Shown piece by piece: positions 1 through 11,964 of a stretch of DNA of 64,000 bases. The position numbers and the translations under genes were made by a program. The first letter of the stretch is position 1. Every line of letters starts with the position of its first letter. The DNA comes from Girardia tigrina (Eukaryota): positions 1 to 64,000 of the forward strand of contig MQRK01251327.1 in NCBI GenBank assembly GCA_001938485.1, given 5' to 3'. Under the pieces are notes generated by a model. That model made no database searches and was not told where the DNA came from. It saw only the letters and a list, made by a program, of their open reading frames with translations.

Positions 1-1
1 G

Positions 2-488
2 TATTAAGAACACCAACATGGCTTTTCAAACTTTTATTTTCATTACAATTAGAATTGTCTTTTGGACAACTCTCATCAAAACTCTCGTCATTCGACATCG
101 TTCTAAATTGATAATTTTTCATTAATGTTTTTTAATAAACAATTATTCGAATAAATTTTTCATTATTTTCTGATTTTATTTTTAAAATTAAAATTTTGTA
201 GTTTTAGTATCAATTTTTATTTACATATTAATTTTATTTAAAAATTATTTTATTTAAATTTTAATATGAAGTTTTGAAAAGATTTAATATTTTTTGATGT
301 TTTTAAATATCTTATGTTGTACTTTAAAATATAAATTATATAAACTATACTCGAATAATTATTTATCGTGAACATCTAAAATATCAATTTTCCATCTGGG
401 TGGGAGAAACACATTTCCAAATACTAAACTCAACATACAAAATTCAACAAACCAATTTCAACATACCAAATTTAAAATATTCCTCACA
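2..488 (-). mobile_element. Solo-LTR-like repeat (TGTGAGG...CTTAATA family) inserted at the start of the visible pPolB relic
   Basis: Same termini and internal CATCTGGGTGGGAGAAACAC motif as the copies at 38647-39066 and 40206-40649, which have 5-bp TSDs. It is followed by GTTTG, and base 1 (G) is compatible with a GTTTG TSD. Confidence 0.7.
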
Positions 489-2961
489 GTTTGCATTCAA
501 ATTGTGATGTTGTTAATAATATCAATCAAAGATATAATATTAATAATCCAATATTAAGTAATAAAAGTACTGAATTAGAAGAAAATGAAAATAGAAAAAA
601 ATATACACCCAAAAAGCATGTGGAGTCTATTTTCACAGTGAAATCCCTGAGATTGAAGAAGATTATTATAATGATTTCATTGGAGAAAATGTAGTACCTG
701 AGTATATTGTTTATTTATTAAACATAAATGAGAAATATACAGAGATATAAAAATGACTCCAGAAGATGAAGAAAATTTTAATAATGCTAATATATGTCAT
801 TTTTGTAAAAAAAGATTTCAATTTCCAAAAGGAAGAAATTCTTTTAATGAATTCCACCTCAATCATTCCTTCTAAAAAGAAAGTCCGCGATCATGATCAC
901 TTAACTGGTAATTTCCGTGGCGCAGCTCACAATTCTTGTAATCTAAATGCAAAAAAAGATTGACTTTATCCCAGTATTTTTTTCAACAATTCGAAATATG
1001 ATAACCCTCTATTCATATGTGAATTGTTGGAAAAATGTAATACAATAAAATTAAATTTAATGTTCTAGCTAAAACATCCGAAGATTATATATCTTTCCAA
1101 GTTGAAAGTTTAAGATTTCTAGATGCTAGAAATTTCCTTGGGGGAAAATTATCTGGACTATTAGTCTACTTAAATAAATACAACGCTAATTGTCTTAGGA
1201 AGAATAATTTATTATTTTTTGTTGATAATCAAAAGAGAAATCTTCCTAAAAAAGGTATATTCAGTTATGATTATATAAAAAAAATTAATTAAGTCAAAGA
1301 AATATGAAATTGCTAAACCAAATTAGGAAGATCTCGGATGTAATACTATGAAAGATTATATCCTCCAATACATGAAAACATATGTATTGTTATTAGGGGA
1401 TATTTTGAGAATTTCAGAGAAATGTGCATGGAATATTATGAAATAGATCCCTGTTACTGCTATTCAAACCCCTGATTCACATACCAAGCTGGAATGAAAT
1501 TCACTAAAGTTAAATTAAAATACTTTAGTGAAAAAACATACGATACACTCCTTTTCTATGAAAAAAGAAAAGTGGAGGAATGACTGGGGTATTTGGTAAT
1601 CGCCACGTAGTGGCTCATAATAAATTCACAGATCCACATTATGGAGATGTAACCAAACTAGAAGATAGTGAATTTGATCGAATGGTTAAAGAATTCGAAG
1701 ATTGTGGAGACCATAAAAAACTAGATTGGTCGAGATTTATAACTCCTAATTTTCATTTGTATTTAGATGAGAATTCTCTCTATGCTACCTCAATGATGTA
1801 CAAATTACCGACCTGAGAAATGGAATGATCGAAAAATAGAAGATACAAGAAATCTTCTGAAAATAGTAATTATGGATATGTTTACGAAGTCTATCTGGAT
1901 TACCCAAATGAAATTAAAAAAAGGACATTCTATTATCCGTTATGTCCTGAAAAATTAGTTCCGGATATTCCGATTGAAAAATAAACGGAATACGAAAAAT
2001 AGGTTTATCCGGATGATTATATTCCCGCTGAGAAATTAATGATGACTCAGAGGAATAAAAGAAATTATATTATTGAAGGGAGAATTCTGGATTATTACCT
2101 TGAACAAGGTATGAAATGAATAAAAGTCCATAGAAAGCTGAAATATTATAAATCAGATTGGCTTAAACCCTATATTTTATTTAATATAGAGAAAAAAAGA
2201 AGCCAAGCAAAAAGGGGATAAATTTGGAGATTTCTTCTTCAAATTATTAAATAAAGCTTTCTATAGAAAGAAATTAGAAAATGTCAGAAATCATTCTAAC
2301 ATCGAAATTGTTAACAATATTGAAAGATATAAGAGATTAGCCGGGAGAATGAATTACAAAACATTCACTCCTTTTAATTCGAAATTATGTGCACTTGAAA
2401 TGCATAAATAATCAATTTATTTTAATAAATTTAATTATATAGGATTTACAATTCTTGAAAATTCCAAATAATTAATTTATAAATTTGTATATGATACTCT
2501 CGATAAAATATATGGATTCGAATCTGGTCGAGTAAAAATTCATTACGGAGATACAGATTGAATATTTGTTGAAATATGGTATGAATATGAGAATATTCAA
2601 GAAAAATTAAAGGAATGGGTAATTCCCGATGTATTATTAAAAATAAAACATGAATTACGGGTTAAAAAATTTATAAGAGAAGCAATATTTTTATAACCAG
2701 AAGATTACTGTTATATAAAGATATATCCTTTAAATTAGGAAATTGAGGAAGATGGGAGAATTAAAGGAATTAGAAAAAAGGGAGTCACAATTGAAGACCG
2801 AAAAAATTTATTGTATAACAATGAAACAATATATTGAGAACAGGTGTTAATTAAATCTTACAACATGAAATTAATGTTATAAAAATAAATAAAGTAGCTA
2901 CAAAGGCATTGGATGATAAAAGAAGATATTATAATAATATAGAAAGTTCTCCTTATGATTA
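489..2961 (+). pseudogene. Protein-primed family B DNA polymerase (pPolB) of a Polinton/Maverick/adintovirus-like element, with many stops and frameshifts
   Basis: Collinear fragments across frames: VRDHDHLTGNFRGAAHNSCNL, LRFLDARNFL, KGIFSYDY, FENFREMCMEYYEIDP, GGMTGVFGNR, YLDENSLYATSM (motif A), FFFKLLNKAFY (motif B), IHYGDTD (motif C), KALDDKR. Confidence 0.9.
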
Positions 2962-3040
2962 ATGTATATGTAAATGAAATAATAATAATATTAGCAGGAT
3001 TACAATCCTACTTTTATGTATCGAAGAAAATTAACTAAAA

Positions 3041-3900
3041 ATGAGAGAAAAACTAAATATTTTAGACATGTATGAATCAAAGTTTAATAATAGATTGTTT
3101 CCAAAGAATTTTCGATTATTAATAGTTGGAGAATCTGATTGTGGTAAAAATGTTTTATTATCTAGAATGTTATTAGAATACGGATTTCTTGATTTTGATA
3201 ATCTAATTTTTTATTCAACAACTATTGAACAATCAGAATTTAAAGTAATCGAAAATGGATTCAAATTCGAACATGGATGTTCATTAACAAAAAGGGGAAT
3301 AAGGGATATATTCGAAAGATCAGATATTTTATTATAAATGATAAAAAAGAACTTCAAATAGATAAAAGTAATAAGTCATACATCCCTCCTCCAGAATAGC
3401 TGGTTTATGCATATAAAAGATTAATAAATCAAAACAATATAAATGATAAAAGTAAATATCTAATTAGAGATCCTGAAAAAAAGCAGTTTCGGTTCTCTTT
3501 TCTTCAGATATAGATAAGATTGTCAGTTGCGATAGTTTACCCAAAGAAAAGAAGAATTTAATAATCTTCGATGATGTGGTAAATTTGAAAGATCAAAAAA
3601 TAATGAAATCTTATTTTACAAGAGGTCGTCATAAGAATTGCAATACAATATATATTTCTCAAACATTTTATGGTCTTGATAAACATTCAGTAAGAAACAA
3701 TTCTAATGGATTCATCTTTTTTGAGCTGGGAAAACGAGATAAAAGGTCAATTTTCAGCGATTTATTTATTGGAAATATTGAAAACTATAAGGAGGCAATT
3801 TTTAATCATTGGAATCAGAAAAAGTATAATTATATTTATTATGATCTTACTGAGAAAAAAATTTATAAAAATTTATTTACAGAAGAAGAAATAGTCTTCG
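3041..3900 (+). pseudogene. A32/FtsK-type genome-packaging ATPase of a Polinton-like virus, disrupted
   Basis: Walker A FRLLIVGESDCGKN, Walker B NLIIFDDVV and the A32 signature FTRGRHKNCNTIYISQTFY. It is split by a frameshift and stop at about 3337-3400 and lies directly downstream of pPolB on the same strand. Confidence 0.88.
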
Positions 3901-4693
3901 AAACGAAGATGAAGATAATGAATAATAAACAATTGGAGATGAGAACGTTTCCGTGGAGACGAGAACGGTCACTCGATCGAGTGCGAATTCCGCGATATTC
4001 TCGTTCGATTTGGTACTTCCGGTCGCGACTTTCGACGAAACTCGACCGATCGTTCACCAAATATCAAGTTTAACGTTCCCGGCCGATGTACCACGTGAGA
4101 TTCAAATTTTTTATTTGTTCCCCCGACCTGATGATCGCTCCCCGCCGCCGGAGCGCCGCAGTCAGAAAGCCCACTCTTGCATCACCACCTATAATAAAAA
4201 TTCCAATGGCTTGGGAAAATACTATAAATAAATTCCTATAATAAATATTCATTGAGAAATTCAATAATATTATCTCCTATAATAAGAATTCCCACGGTAA
4301 TATTAAAATACTTAAAAATAATATTTTACAAAATTAAAAAAATAACAAGAAATAACGTGTATTAAAAATAACATAAATTGTGGACACTATTTTTTGGTTT
4401 TTTTTGTTTTTTTCTTTTTGAGATTCCATCTGATTTGATTTTGATTCGATTTGAATTGATCCGATTTGATTTTGATCCGCTTTGCTTTGGTTGTTGTTTT
4501 TGAGATCTCGGCCATTTTTAGGAACCAGTTCCAAGAGCAACAGACTGTCGATTTTTCTTATATTCCAAGATTATCTAGGATCTCCAAGAATCTTATATCA
4601 ACGCGCAGCAATAGCAATTAGATAACATGTATGCAGCCCCATTAGCTACTATTGACTACTAGAGAGTTGCTCTCATTATTAATAAAAAACATG

Positions 4694-4762
4694 AGGCATT
4701 TGTGAGATACGAACCCATGCATACTCAATTGATTACGATGCCTCAGACCACTATAGAACTAT
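4694..4762 (-). pseudogene. Degenerate tRNA-Leu-like sequence
   Basis: GGCATTTGTGAGATACGAACCCATGC...GCCTCAGACCACT resembles the reverse complement of the T-arm (B box) and D-arm (A box) of eukaryotic tRNA-Leu. The anticodon arm is not recognisable. Confidence 0.45.
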
Positions 4763-5924
4763 GGGTAGTAGTTCCCATTTAAACTAATAACTTATTAGTC
4801 TTCCGACATGCAGGGTCCTCAGACCCTCACCGAAGAACTATTTATCACAGATATGCTTAGCAGACATACAAACAAACATACAAAATAACATATGATAGCA
4901 GCAGGCAAACAAGCACAACCAGACAAACAATAAATATCCCAGCACGGCCAAAGTTCAAGGACGACACGATAAAACCACCAAACGCGCCATTAAGGAGGAA
5001 GTGGAAAGGAGATATGAAAGGAAGAGAGGAAAAGATATAAGCAAAACGAGGAAGAAAGGGAGTTAGCAATTGTGATAAGTATAAAATAAACGGGTGACCA
5101 ATCCGCAATGGAATTCCTAATTAAAATAGAATAACCAAGTTGAACATAGTAAGAAAGTATAGTAGTAATGAGTATAAATAATGATTATACAAAATTATTG
5201 GGTGGCACTCAGCTGATAGCGTTAGATATGGTGTTAATATAGACATTAAATTTAAACACAACCGTGCAAATTAATATTAAAATTTTGATAATGAGACTAT
5301 AATAAGGTATTAGTAATGGACAATGAGTTGGATACTGACTAAGTAATAAATATAAATTATAAATAATAATATTTATATTAAGGGAGACTATACACAGACA
5401 AAGGAGTTTAATTTAATTAATGTTAAATTAATTAATGTTTAATTTAATGTTAATAAATATAGAATATTATATTGTATAAGAGAGGGTATTTTTTACAATA
5501 TTAGATGTAAAGTAAAATCATCCATTTTCTCGAGATTTCTCTGATAGATCGAGGGGAGGTAACTTCCAAAAGAAGGAGAGCCCTCCAATTGATCAGAACA
5601 TAGAAACCTCCCTTTTAAAAAACACGTAGAAGGAAATTCATTTTGATCTTAATGAATTTATCAATTGGCGATATATGGGTAAGTATATACAGTGAGTAAT
5701 TTTTCCGCAAGAATCTCTGATGGAAAAAGGGTACCAAAATGACCGGCCCGCTACGGTGCTTCTTTCGACGCATGACTTTGGTCAAGTCATCGTTATGTTC
5801 GTCATCAGCGGATTGAAATTCAGTAAAATCGATATTTGGGTATCCACAACCAGTACCGGATCGAAGCATTTTTGATCAGCATTTCAACGGTGTATCGATC
5901 AAATGTCTTTCAGAAAATAGAATT

Positions 5925-6290
5925 AAGGTTAGTAATATGTTTAGGGTTAAGGTTATGGCTATATATTTTAATATAAAAAATGGATTAGATAATTATTAAA
6001 TTATAAAAAAATATTTGTCAGAAGTTGTATCTGAAACTACTTCCATAGTTTCTGTCTACGACAAAAAGGTAGCGCCTAAGACCACTCGGCCATACAGGAC
6101 CTTACTCACACTTATGAAATAGGCTTAGGAGTTCCGGTTAGGATTAGGGTTATATATTTTAATATAAAAAATGAATTAGGCAATTTTTAAATATTAAAGA
6201 ATATTTGCAGTAAGTGAGAGCCGAAATCATCTCCGCAGTAGTGGAATGCAGAGCCATATACCATTTGTCCATACTGAAGCTTTTTTTGAT
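5925..6290 (-). repeat. Two diverged ~190-bp tandem units, each a GGTTAGG/TTAGGG-like tract, an AT spacer and a tRNA-Leu-like sequence
   Basis: TATATATTTTAATATAAAAAATG(G/A)ATTAG occurs at about 5960 and about 6151. Each is preceded by TTAGGGTT-like motifs and followed by AATATTTG plus tRNA-like sequence. Confidence 0.65.
6016..6100 (-). pseudogene. tRNA-Leu-derived pseudogene
   Basis: TGTCAGAAGT...GCGCCTAAGACCACTCGGCCATACAGGAC matches the reverse complement of tRNA-Leu ends (GTCAGGATGGCCGAGTGGTCTAAGGCGC...ACTTCTGACA). Length is 85 nt; the T-loop and anticodon are mutated. Confidence 0.65.
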
Positions 6291-6479
6291 ATAGTTTTTT
6301 CTCGAATTTGTTAAATTTTATAGAATATTATAAATTTTTTTTCAAAATTTACCGACTCTACTCAAAATTCATCAATTTTTCATATAGTTTTATGTTTTTA
6401 TCAAAATTATATCAAAAATTCATCAAAATTCATCAGAAATGCATCGATTTTGCCCTATTTTCACTATTTTTATTCAAAA

Positions 6480-6650
6480 CTTTTATAAAATTATAGATCA
6501 TTACCGAAAATTATAGATTATTTTCAAAAATTATCAAAAAATCATCGATTTTGTCCTATTTGTATTCAAAATTTCATAAAGTTATAGATCAATAACTCAA
6601 GAATTATAGATCAGACCCAAGAATTATAGATTACACCCAAGAATTACCCA
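6480..6650. repeat. Degenerate ~20-bp minisatellite (CAAGAATTATAGAT core)
   Basis: Repeated AATTATAGAT(C/T)A units, most regular at 6580-6650. Confidence 0.6.
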
Positions 6651-6722
6651 TTATTGAGCTTGGGTACTGGTCTAAGTACCCCATAAACATACTACTAAGG
6701 TACGAATCAAGAGCATAACTTA

Positions 6723-7120
6723 CAGTCAGGTGCAAAAGTTTGTGAACGCTTGTTTCTATACTCCTTTTTGTGAAGAAGCAGGTTGCTGCCATTCACCCAA
6801 ATTCGCTGCAGGACAAGATGAAAGCGTTGAAAACTGTTTGGACTCAAAACGTGTCACCAGACTATTGTAAAAAATTATGCCGTTTGATACCTGGCCAAAT
6901 TCGTTCTGTTCTCAAAAATACGGGTAAACACAGAAAATACTAAATATACACTGGTTTTTCGTGGTTTATGTGCCAGTTATGACAAGTTTTGATAAATCTG
7001 TGTCTTATTATAATGTTCTGATAAGATCTTTGTATTTTGGTGTGCTTTTCTCAATATAATTGCACTTCGATGCAAAAGACAAATTAACAACAAGCGTTCA
7101 CAAACTTTCGCACCTGATTG
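6723..7120 (+). mobile_element. Internally deleted Tc1-family element
   Basis: 32-bp TIRs CAGTCAGGTGCAAAAGTTTGTGAACGCTTGTT / AACAAGCGTTCACAAACTTTCGCACCTGATTG, TA on both flanks, and an internal Tc1 C-terminus (VWTQNVSPDYCKKLCRLIPGQIRSVLKNTGKHRKY*). Confidence 0.9.
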
Positions 7121-9221
7121 TACTTACTTCCAGTGAATGAATCATGTCAAACATTATTCCTTAGCTGATGTTTATCCCTTGCTTTCCGTTCACTTTGCAC
7201 GATATTAAATTTTTTTAATTTTCTCTACATATTTTGCATAGTCTCTTGCTCTTTTCCTCAAAGTTTATAATTATTCTGTCTCCCTAAAGTTCTTTACTTC
7301 ACTTTTGAGTTATAGATTGAGATGGTACTTTTTCATCATAGGCTTCATTTTTTAATCAGGAATTATTTAAACTTAATCATATATAAGGAAACTATTTCAA
7401 GAAAATTAATATAAGTTCAATTTTATTTGTCAATATTTATTTGCTTTATTTATTTTATTTAAAGATATTTAATTTCGAGTCTGCTTTCTTTTCCCATTTT
7501 GGATGTTAATCAATGGGTTATTGTGTCGTATTTTAAAGATTCACAATACCACCTCTCAGTACGTGAATCAAATTTCTTCTTTAGAAATCTATAATAAAGA
7601 TTAAATAAATTATTAAAATAATAAAAATAAATTATAATGAGGTACTCATGGTTAAATTTATTATATAACTGATTTGGCAGTCAGTAGTAATTGCTGGACA
7701 AACATGCTTTGCAATCCCATCTGATTTTCTTGCTTGTTGATTATAATTTATTCCAAAGCTGAAAAACACAAGTACTAGTAAAGATGCAATAATATATTTT
7801 GCCCCAAAGGGATTCTATAATCAACGTTGTAGACTTAACATTAATCTTTGAATTAGTTCCCAACCATTTTGAGAAAGTTCAACTGCTAACACGTCATGGC
7901 TTCTTTTTTATTTGACTGTAGAACTGACGAAATCTAAAGTTTCTGTTCCAATAAACGTTCTACATGTCAATCATAGACTTTCTGGTGATAGAGTCTTAAA
8001 TCAACCGATATTGCGGATTCTTAAGTTTGTTTGTCAAACATATAAAGCTGAAATAGGTGAAGTACCCGGTCGTTACGAATAACTGTATTGAATGAGGGCA
8101 GCAAGATAAATGGAGATGCTGCAATATTTCTAACATTTTCTGCAACAATTACAACAATGCTATTCTTATTTATTTTCCAATCGTCTTAGATTGTACAAAG
8201 TTTTTCGGTAATATTCTTTCCTGTACGACTTTTAATTTTTTTTTGTGGCGAGAAGTTAATTTTTCAAATTTCAATCATCGGCGATATAATGTGATGTCAA
8301 ACAAATATAACCACTGATTATTTCAAGTCAAAATATTTGTAGTAAAGGATAAATTATCTACTTCCCCTAAATTGTGCATTTTGATGTTTCGCTTTTCGTC
8401 AAATAATCGATTTAATACAGCCTTTATTTCTTTTTGACCTAAATCTGAATATTGGAATTTGTAAAATGAATACTCTAACGGAAGGTTTTTGATTATATTG
8501 TTGATAATTGCCTGAAATCCTTGAAGATAGTACATCTATAAAAACGGGTTATATTATATTCAAGATTTACTGGAAAAGTGTTGAAAGTTGGTTCGACATT
8601 TTAGCCATAGTGTTTTAGGTACTTCAACCTTAAACATTTCGCAACATCGGTTGATAGTAAGAATTTCATTAAAATTATTATGCTGTTTACTATCAATCTT
8701 CTCCAAAAAATAATGTTTAATTGTAATGGAGCAGATAAATGAAGAACTACTTTTAGAATCGGAAGGAAGATTCTCTGAATGCTTTCAGTTTTAGTGATTC
8801 CTTAAGTTTGTTGCAACACAAACAGTTCTTATTATTTCTTGACAAATATTAAATTTTACTTGTCCATTTTATTGTTTTTTTCTGAAAATTATTCAACGCA
8901 TTTGCTCCACATATAACTTGAAAATGAATAAACGATAAAAATAAAAACATAAAAATTAAAATTGTAAATCAAAAACTTTTTAAATTAATTTATTATAAAG
9001 TAATGTTCATACAGTATAAGTAATTTGAAATTACTTTTTAATTAAAATTAATAACGAATGGAACACCGGAAATTTATTTCAGTACACTGAATAAATCTTT
9101 TATTTACAAAAAAATAAGTTTAAACTTCAATTATTTTTTTTAGAATTGATAAACCAGTGTAATTTTTACTTAAGAGGAATATTGTAAATAAACTGTGTAA
9201 TATTGTTATTAATAGTTTATA

Positions 9222-9410
9222 CCGTGTTTTTCGAAATATAAGACACTGTTTTATATTAATTTTGATGGATAAATTACCAGTAGGTCTTATACTAGCATAT
9301 ATTCGAAATTAGAAATCTTAGAGTTTTGAAATGTTTAGAAATTAGAGTCTTTAAATTTTGGCCTAGGTCTTATACTTATATTTAGATGTCTTATATTTGG
9401 AGAAATATGG
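9222..9410. mobile_element. Tc1/mariner-pogo-type MITE
   Basis: Imperfect 24-bp TIRs CCGTGTTTTTCGAAATATAAGACA / TGTCTTATATTTGGAGAAATATGG flanked by TA. Confidence 0.75.
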
Positions 9411-9414
9411 TATA

Positions 9415-9849
9415 TATAAAGAACACCAATGTGACTTTTAATATTTATATTAATATTGCAAGTTTGATTGTCTCATGACATCTTTGTCAAAGCTTTCATG
9501 TGATTACATTCTTCTAATTAATTTATGACTATTATTTATTATCTAAGTAAATGGAGATTACATAAACCGTTAAAATATTTAGTACAAATTTTAATGGTTA
9601 AAATTTAAAATGAATATCAATTATTTAAAAATAATTACTTTAATTGTTTATTTAAAAATTGTAAATGCAATTAATCAACTTATTAATAATTTTAAAATTA
9701 ATTTAAATTAGAAATAGATTTAAGCTGTACATATTTTCAGATAATAAGAATTAAAATATTAATCATCCATCTGGGTAGGAGAGACATAAATCCAAATCAA
9801 CATACAACATTCAAACACAAAACATCGAACATTCTAAATATTTTTCGCA
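9415..9849 (-). mobile_element. Solo-LTR-like repeat, diverged copy
   Basis: AAGAACACCAA start, CCATCTGGGTAGGAGAGACA core and a CA-rich tail, as in the other family members. Confidence 0.65.
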
Positions 9850-9950
9850 ATATAATTTTTGTAACTTATATAAATGAGTTGTTGCATCGATGAAGACTTT
9901 TTTGATTTTGGAAAGGTGAATGATAAAAAATAAAATTATATTGAAGTCAT

Positions 9951-10450
9951 TGTGAGGAATGTTTTTGAATGGTTTTTATTGTATATTGTTTTTAGGATTG
10001 TTTCTCCCATACGGATAGAAGATTGATATTTTGAATGCTTTGAATGATTATATTATTCGGACAATTTTAAAATGTAAATAACCACTTTAAAATAAAATTA
10101 ATATATTTTAATTGAATAATTTTATTATAATATTCTAGTCAAAATATTTTAAATCTATTTTAAAGTGATTTAAATTATTTTAATAGTATATTATAACGTA
10201 AAGTTTTTTTAGTCATACATAATATGTTTAAAGTGAATTAAAAATATTTTTGAAAATAATTTAAAATTATTTTATTAAAGAATCGTAATTTCTATTTGTT
10301 TCAACAATTAGAGGTTTAAAAAAGTAGAATTAAAAAAATTATCAATCAAGAACGATGTCTAACTACGAAAGATTTGTTTAGAATCGTCCTGGAGGCAATT
10401 CTCGTTGAGATGTCAATAAAAGTATTGGAAATCTTATTAGAGTTCTGAAG
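9951..10450 (+). mobile_element. Solo-LTR-like repeat, diverged copy
   Basis: Starts TGTGAGGAAT and contains the TTTCTCCCATACGGAT core. Possible degenerate TSD GTCAT/GTCAC. Confidence 0.6.
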
Positions 10451-10714
10451 TCACATAGGACAATTTTAATCAAACGAAATAAGTAAGTTAAAGCAGACTC
10501 GTCGATTTTTCATGATTTAGTCGAACCATTTTAAAAAATTTGAAATTTCATTTTATTTTCATTTGGTAGTAAAATAAGTATGAAATATGAATATACTTTT
10601 TGAAAGGATTATAATGTTATTAGAACAAAATAAAAAAAGAAATTTAATTTTTTTCTTATTTGAGTTACGAAAATTATATGAAAATTTTCAAATTTTATTT
10701 CTGTGATATTTCAG

Positions 10715-11091
10715 GACCATTAATGTACAATGATCTTAAGGATTTCATAAATGGAGCAGAAACACCGGAAGGAATCGATGAACTGTACTGTATTCACTCA
10801 TATGGTTTGCCCACTCCAAAAACACTTGTCTTCACTTCCTTTCCAGACAAACAACCAACAACCGTTGATGGTGATGGCGATCATACTGTTAATATTGAAA
10901 GTTTAAAAATTTGTGAACAATGGAAAAATGTTCACTATTATAAATATGAAGGTCTCGACCATATGGAAATAATCAGTAAACCAGTGTTTCTAGAGAAACT
11001 TCATCAAATTTTGTATCGCCAACCCAATAAGAAGTTTCAGTTTCAAAATTATAAGAAAAAACAACCAAAAAATTTTGTGAGGTTGATCTAA
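10715..11091 (+). CDS. PLA2G15/LCAT-like phospholipase/acyltransferase, copy A, terminal exon only
   Basis: TTTCAG acceptor in the same phase-1 position as exon 5 of copies B and C. It encodes PEGIDELYCIHSYG, GDGDHTVN (catalytic Asp) and DHMEI (catalytic His). No upstream exons are visible in the window. Confidence 0.85.
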
Positions 11092-11607
11092 ATATTTGAA
11101 CCTCAATTCGTATTCGATTCTTCAAATAATAACCTTTGACAAAATAAATATAAAGTCTTGAAAAGAGCATTGGACTATTGATATATTGTACAACATTATT
11201 AATATATTATTATTTTAAGCATTATATTTTGATTTGTGTATAAAATAGTCTTGTATGAAACGGATTGAGGTTATGTGATGACTGGTTTAAGTTTCATGTG
11301 GTCATAAACAAATGAAGTTCAAAATTATTTATTTTAAATTAAGGAAAAATACACTTCTGAACTTGAAACATTCTCTAAGACCCATGCAGAAACTTCCTTT
11401 CATCTTTAAAAATGTCAATCGTTTGTTAGAAGCAATTTGATATTTATGGAAAAAAAATAAAAAATAAGATAAATAATTGAATAGTTATTTTTAATTGTGA
11501 TATAAGTCAACTTCAAAATAATAGTAAACATTAATTTATGGTAATACTTTGATACCCCTTTACATATTTAAAATAATGCATTCAAAGGAATTCGATTGTT
11601 TTAGAAA

Positions 11608-11964
11608 GTGTACAAAATAATTATGGTTAATAATTATTGTAAAAATCTGTTGATGAAAGAGCGTATCGCCCGCGATATACCCTGCATATTTGGTGACCAA
11701 GAAGATCTGGTCGAATACCAGGAATGCTTGAATGATAGAGGAATTCTCAACATTGGCGAGGAATTCAAACACCTGATCAAAGGAACTGTGTCTGAAAAGC
11801 TGACAGAATTGATTGAACAGAAAAAAGAGTATCCGAAAATGATCCAGTCGCGTATTAAAAGAGTGCATTGCACGTATCCGTCTTGTTTCAAAGCTTTTGC
11901 GGAACAGAAAAAATTAAAAAGACACATCAAAAGAGTTCATACGGTCACGACACCACAGAGTTAG
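11608..11964 (+). pseudogene. ORF fragment with a C2H2 zinc finger, probably a transposon-derived relic extending to about 12500
   Basis: CTYPSCFKAFAEQKKLKRHIKRVH. Downstream sequence stays coding-like in composition but is broken by stops. Confidence 0.45.

Noticed and set aside
3483-3512. Minus-strand CTGAAGA...GAAAC motif
   Set aside because: No stem II, and it lies within ATPase coding sequence on the plus strand.
4128-4170. CTGATGA followed by a GC hairpin (CGCTCC...GGAGCG) as a hammerhead
   Set aside because: No GAAA directly after the stem and no stem III or NUH site.
5615-5869. GPVILVP in a minus-strand ORF as an LCAT exon 1
   Set aside because: It lacks the following G-x-G-G-S and the signal peptide, and it is on the opposite strand to the array.
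6016-6100. Functional tRNA-Leu gene
   Set aside because: The T-loop/B box and anticodon arm are mutated, so it is reported as a pseudogene only.
6480-6650. Short regularly spaced repeats as a CRISPR array
   Set aside because: Eukaryotic context, ~20-bp tandem units without unique 30-40-bp spacers, and no cas genes.
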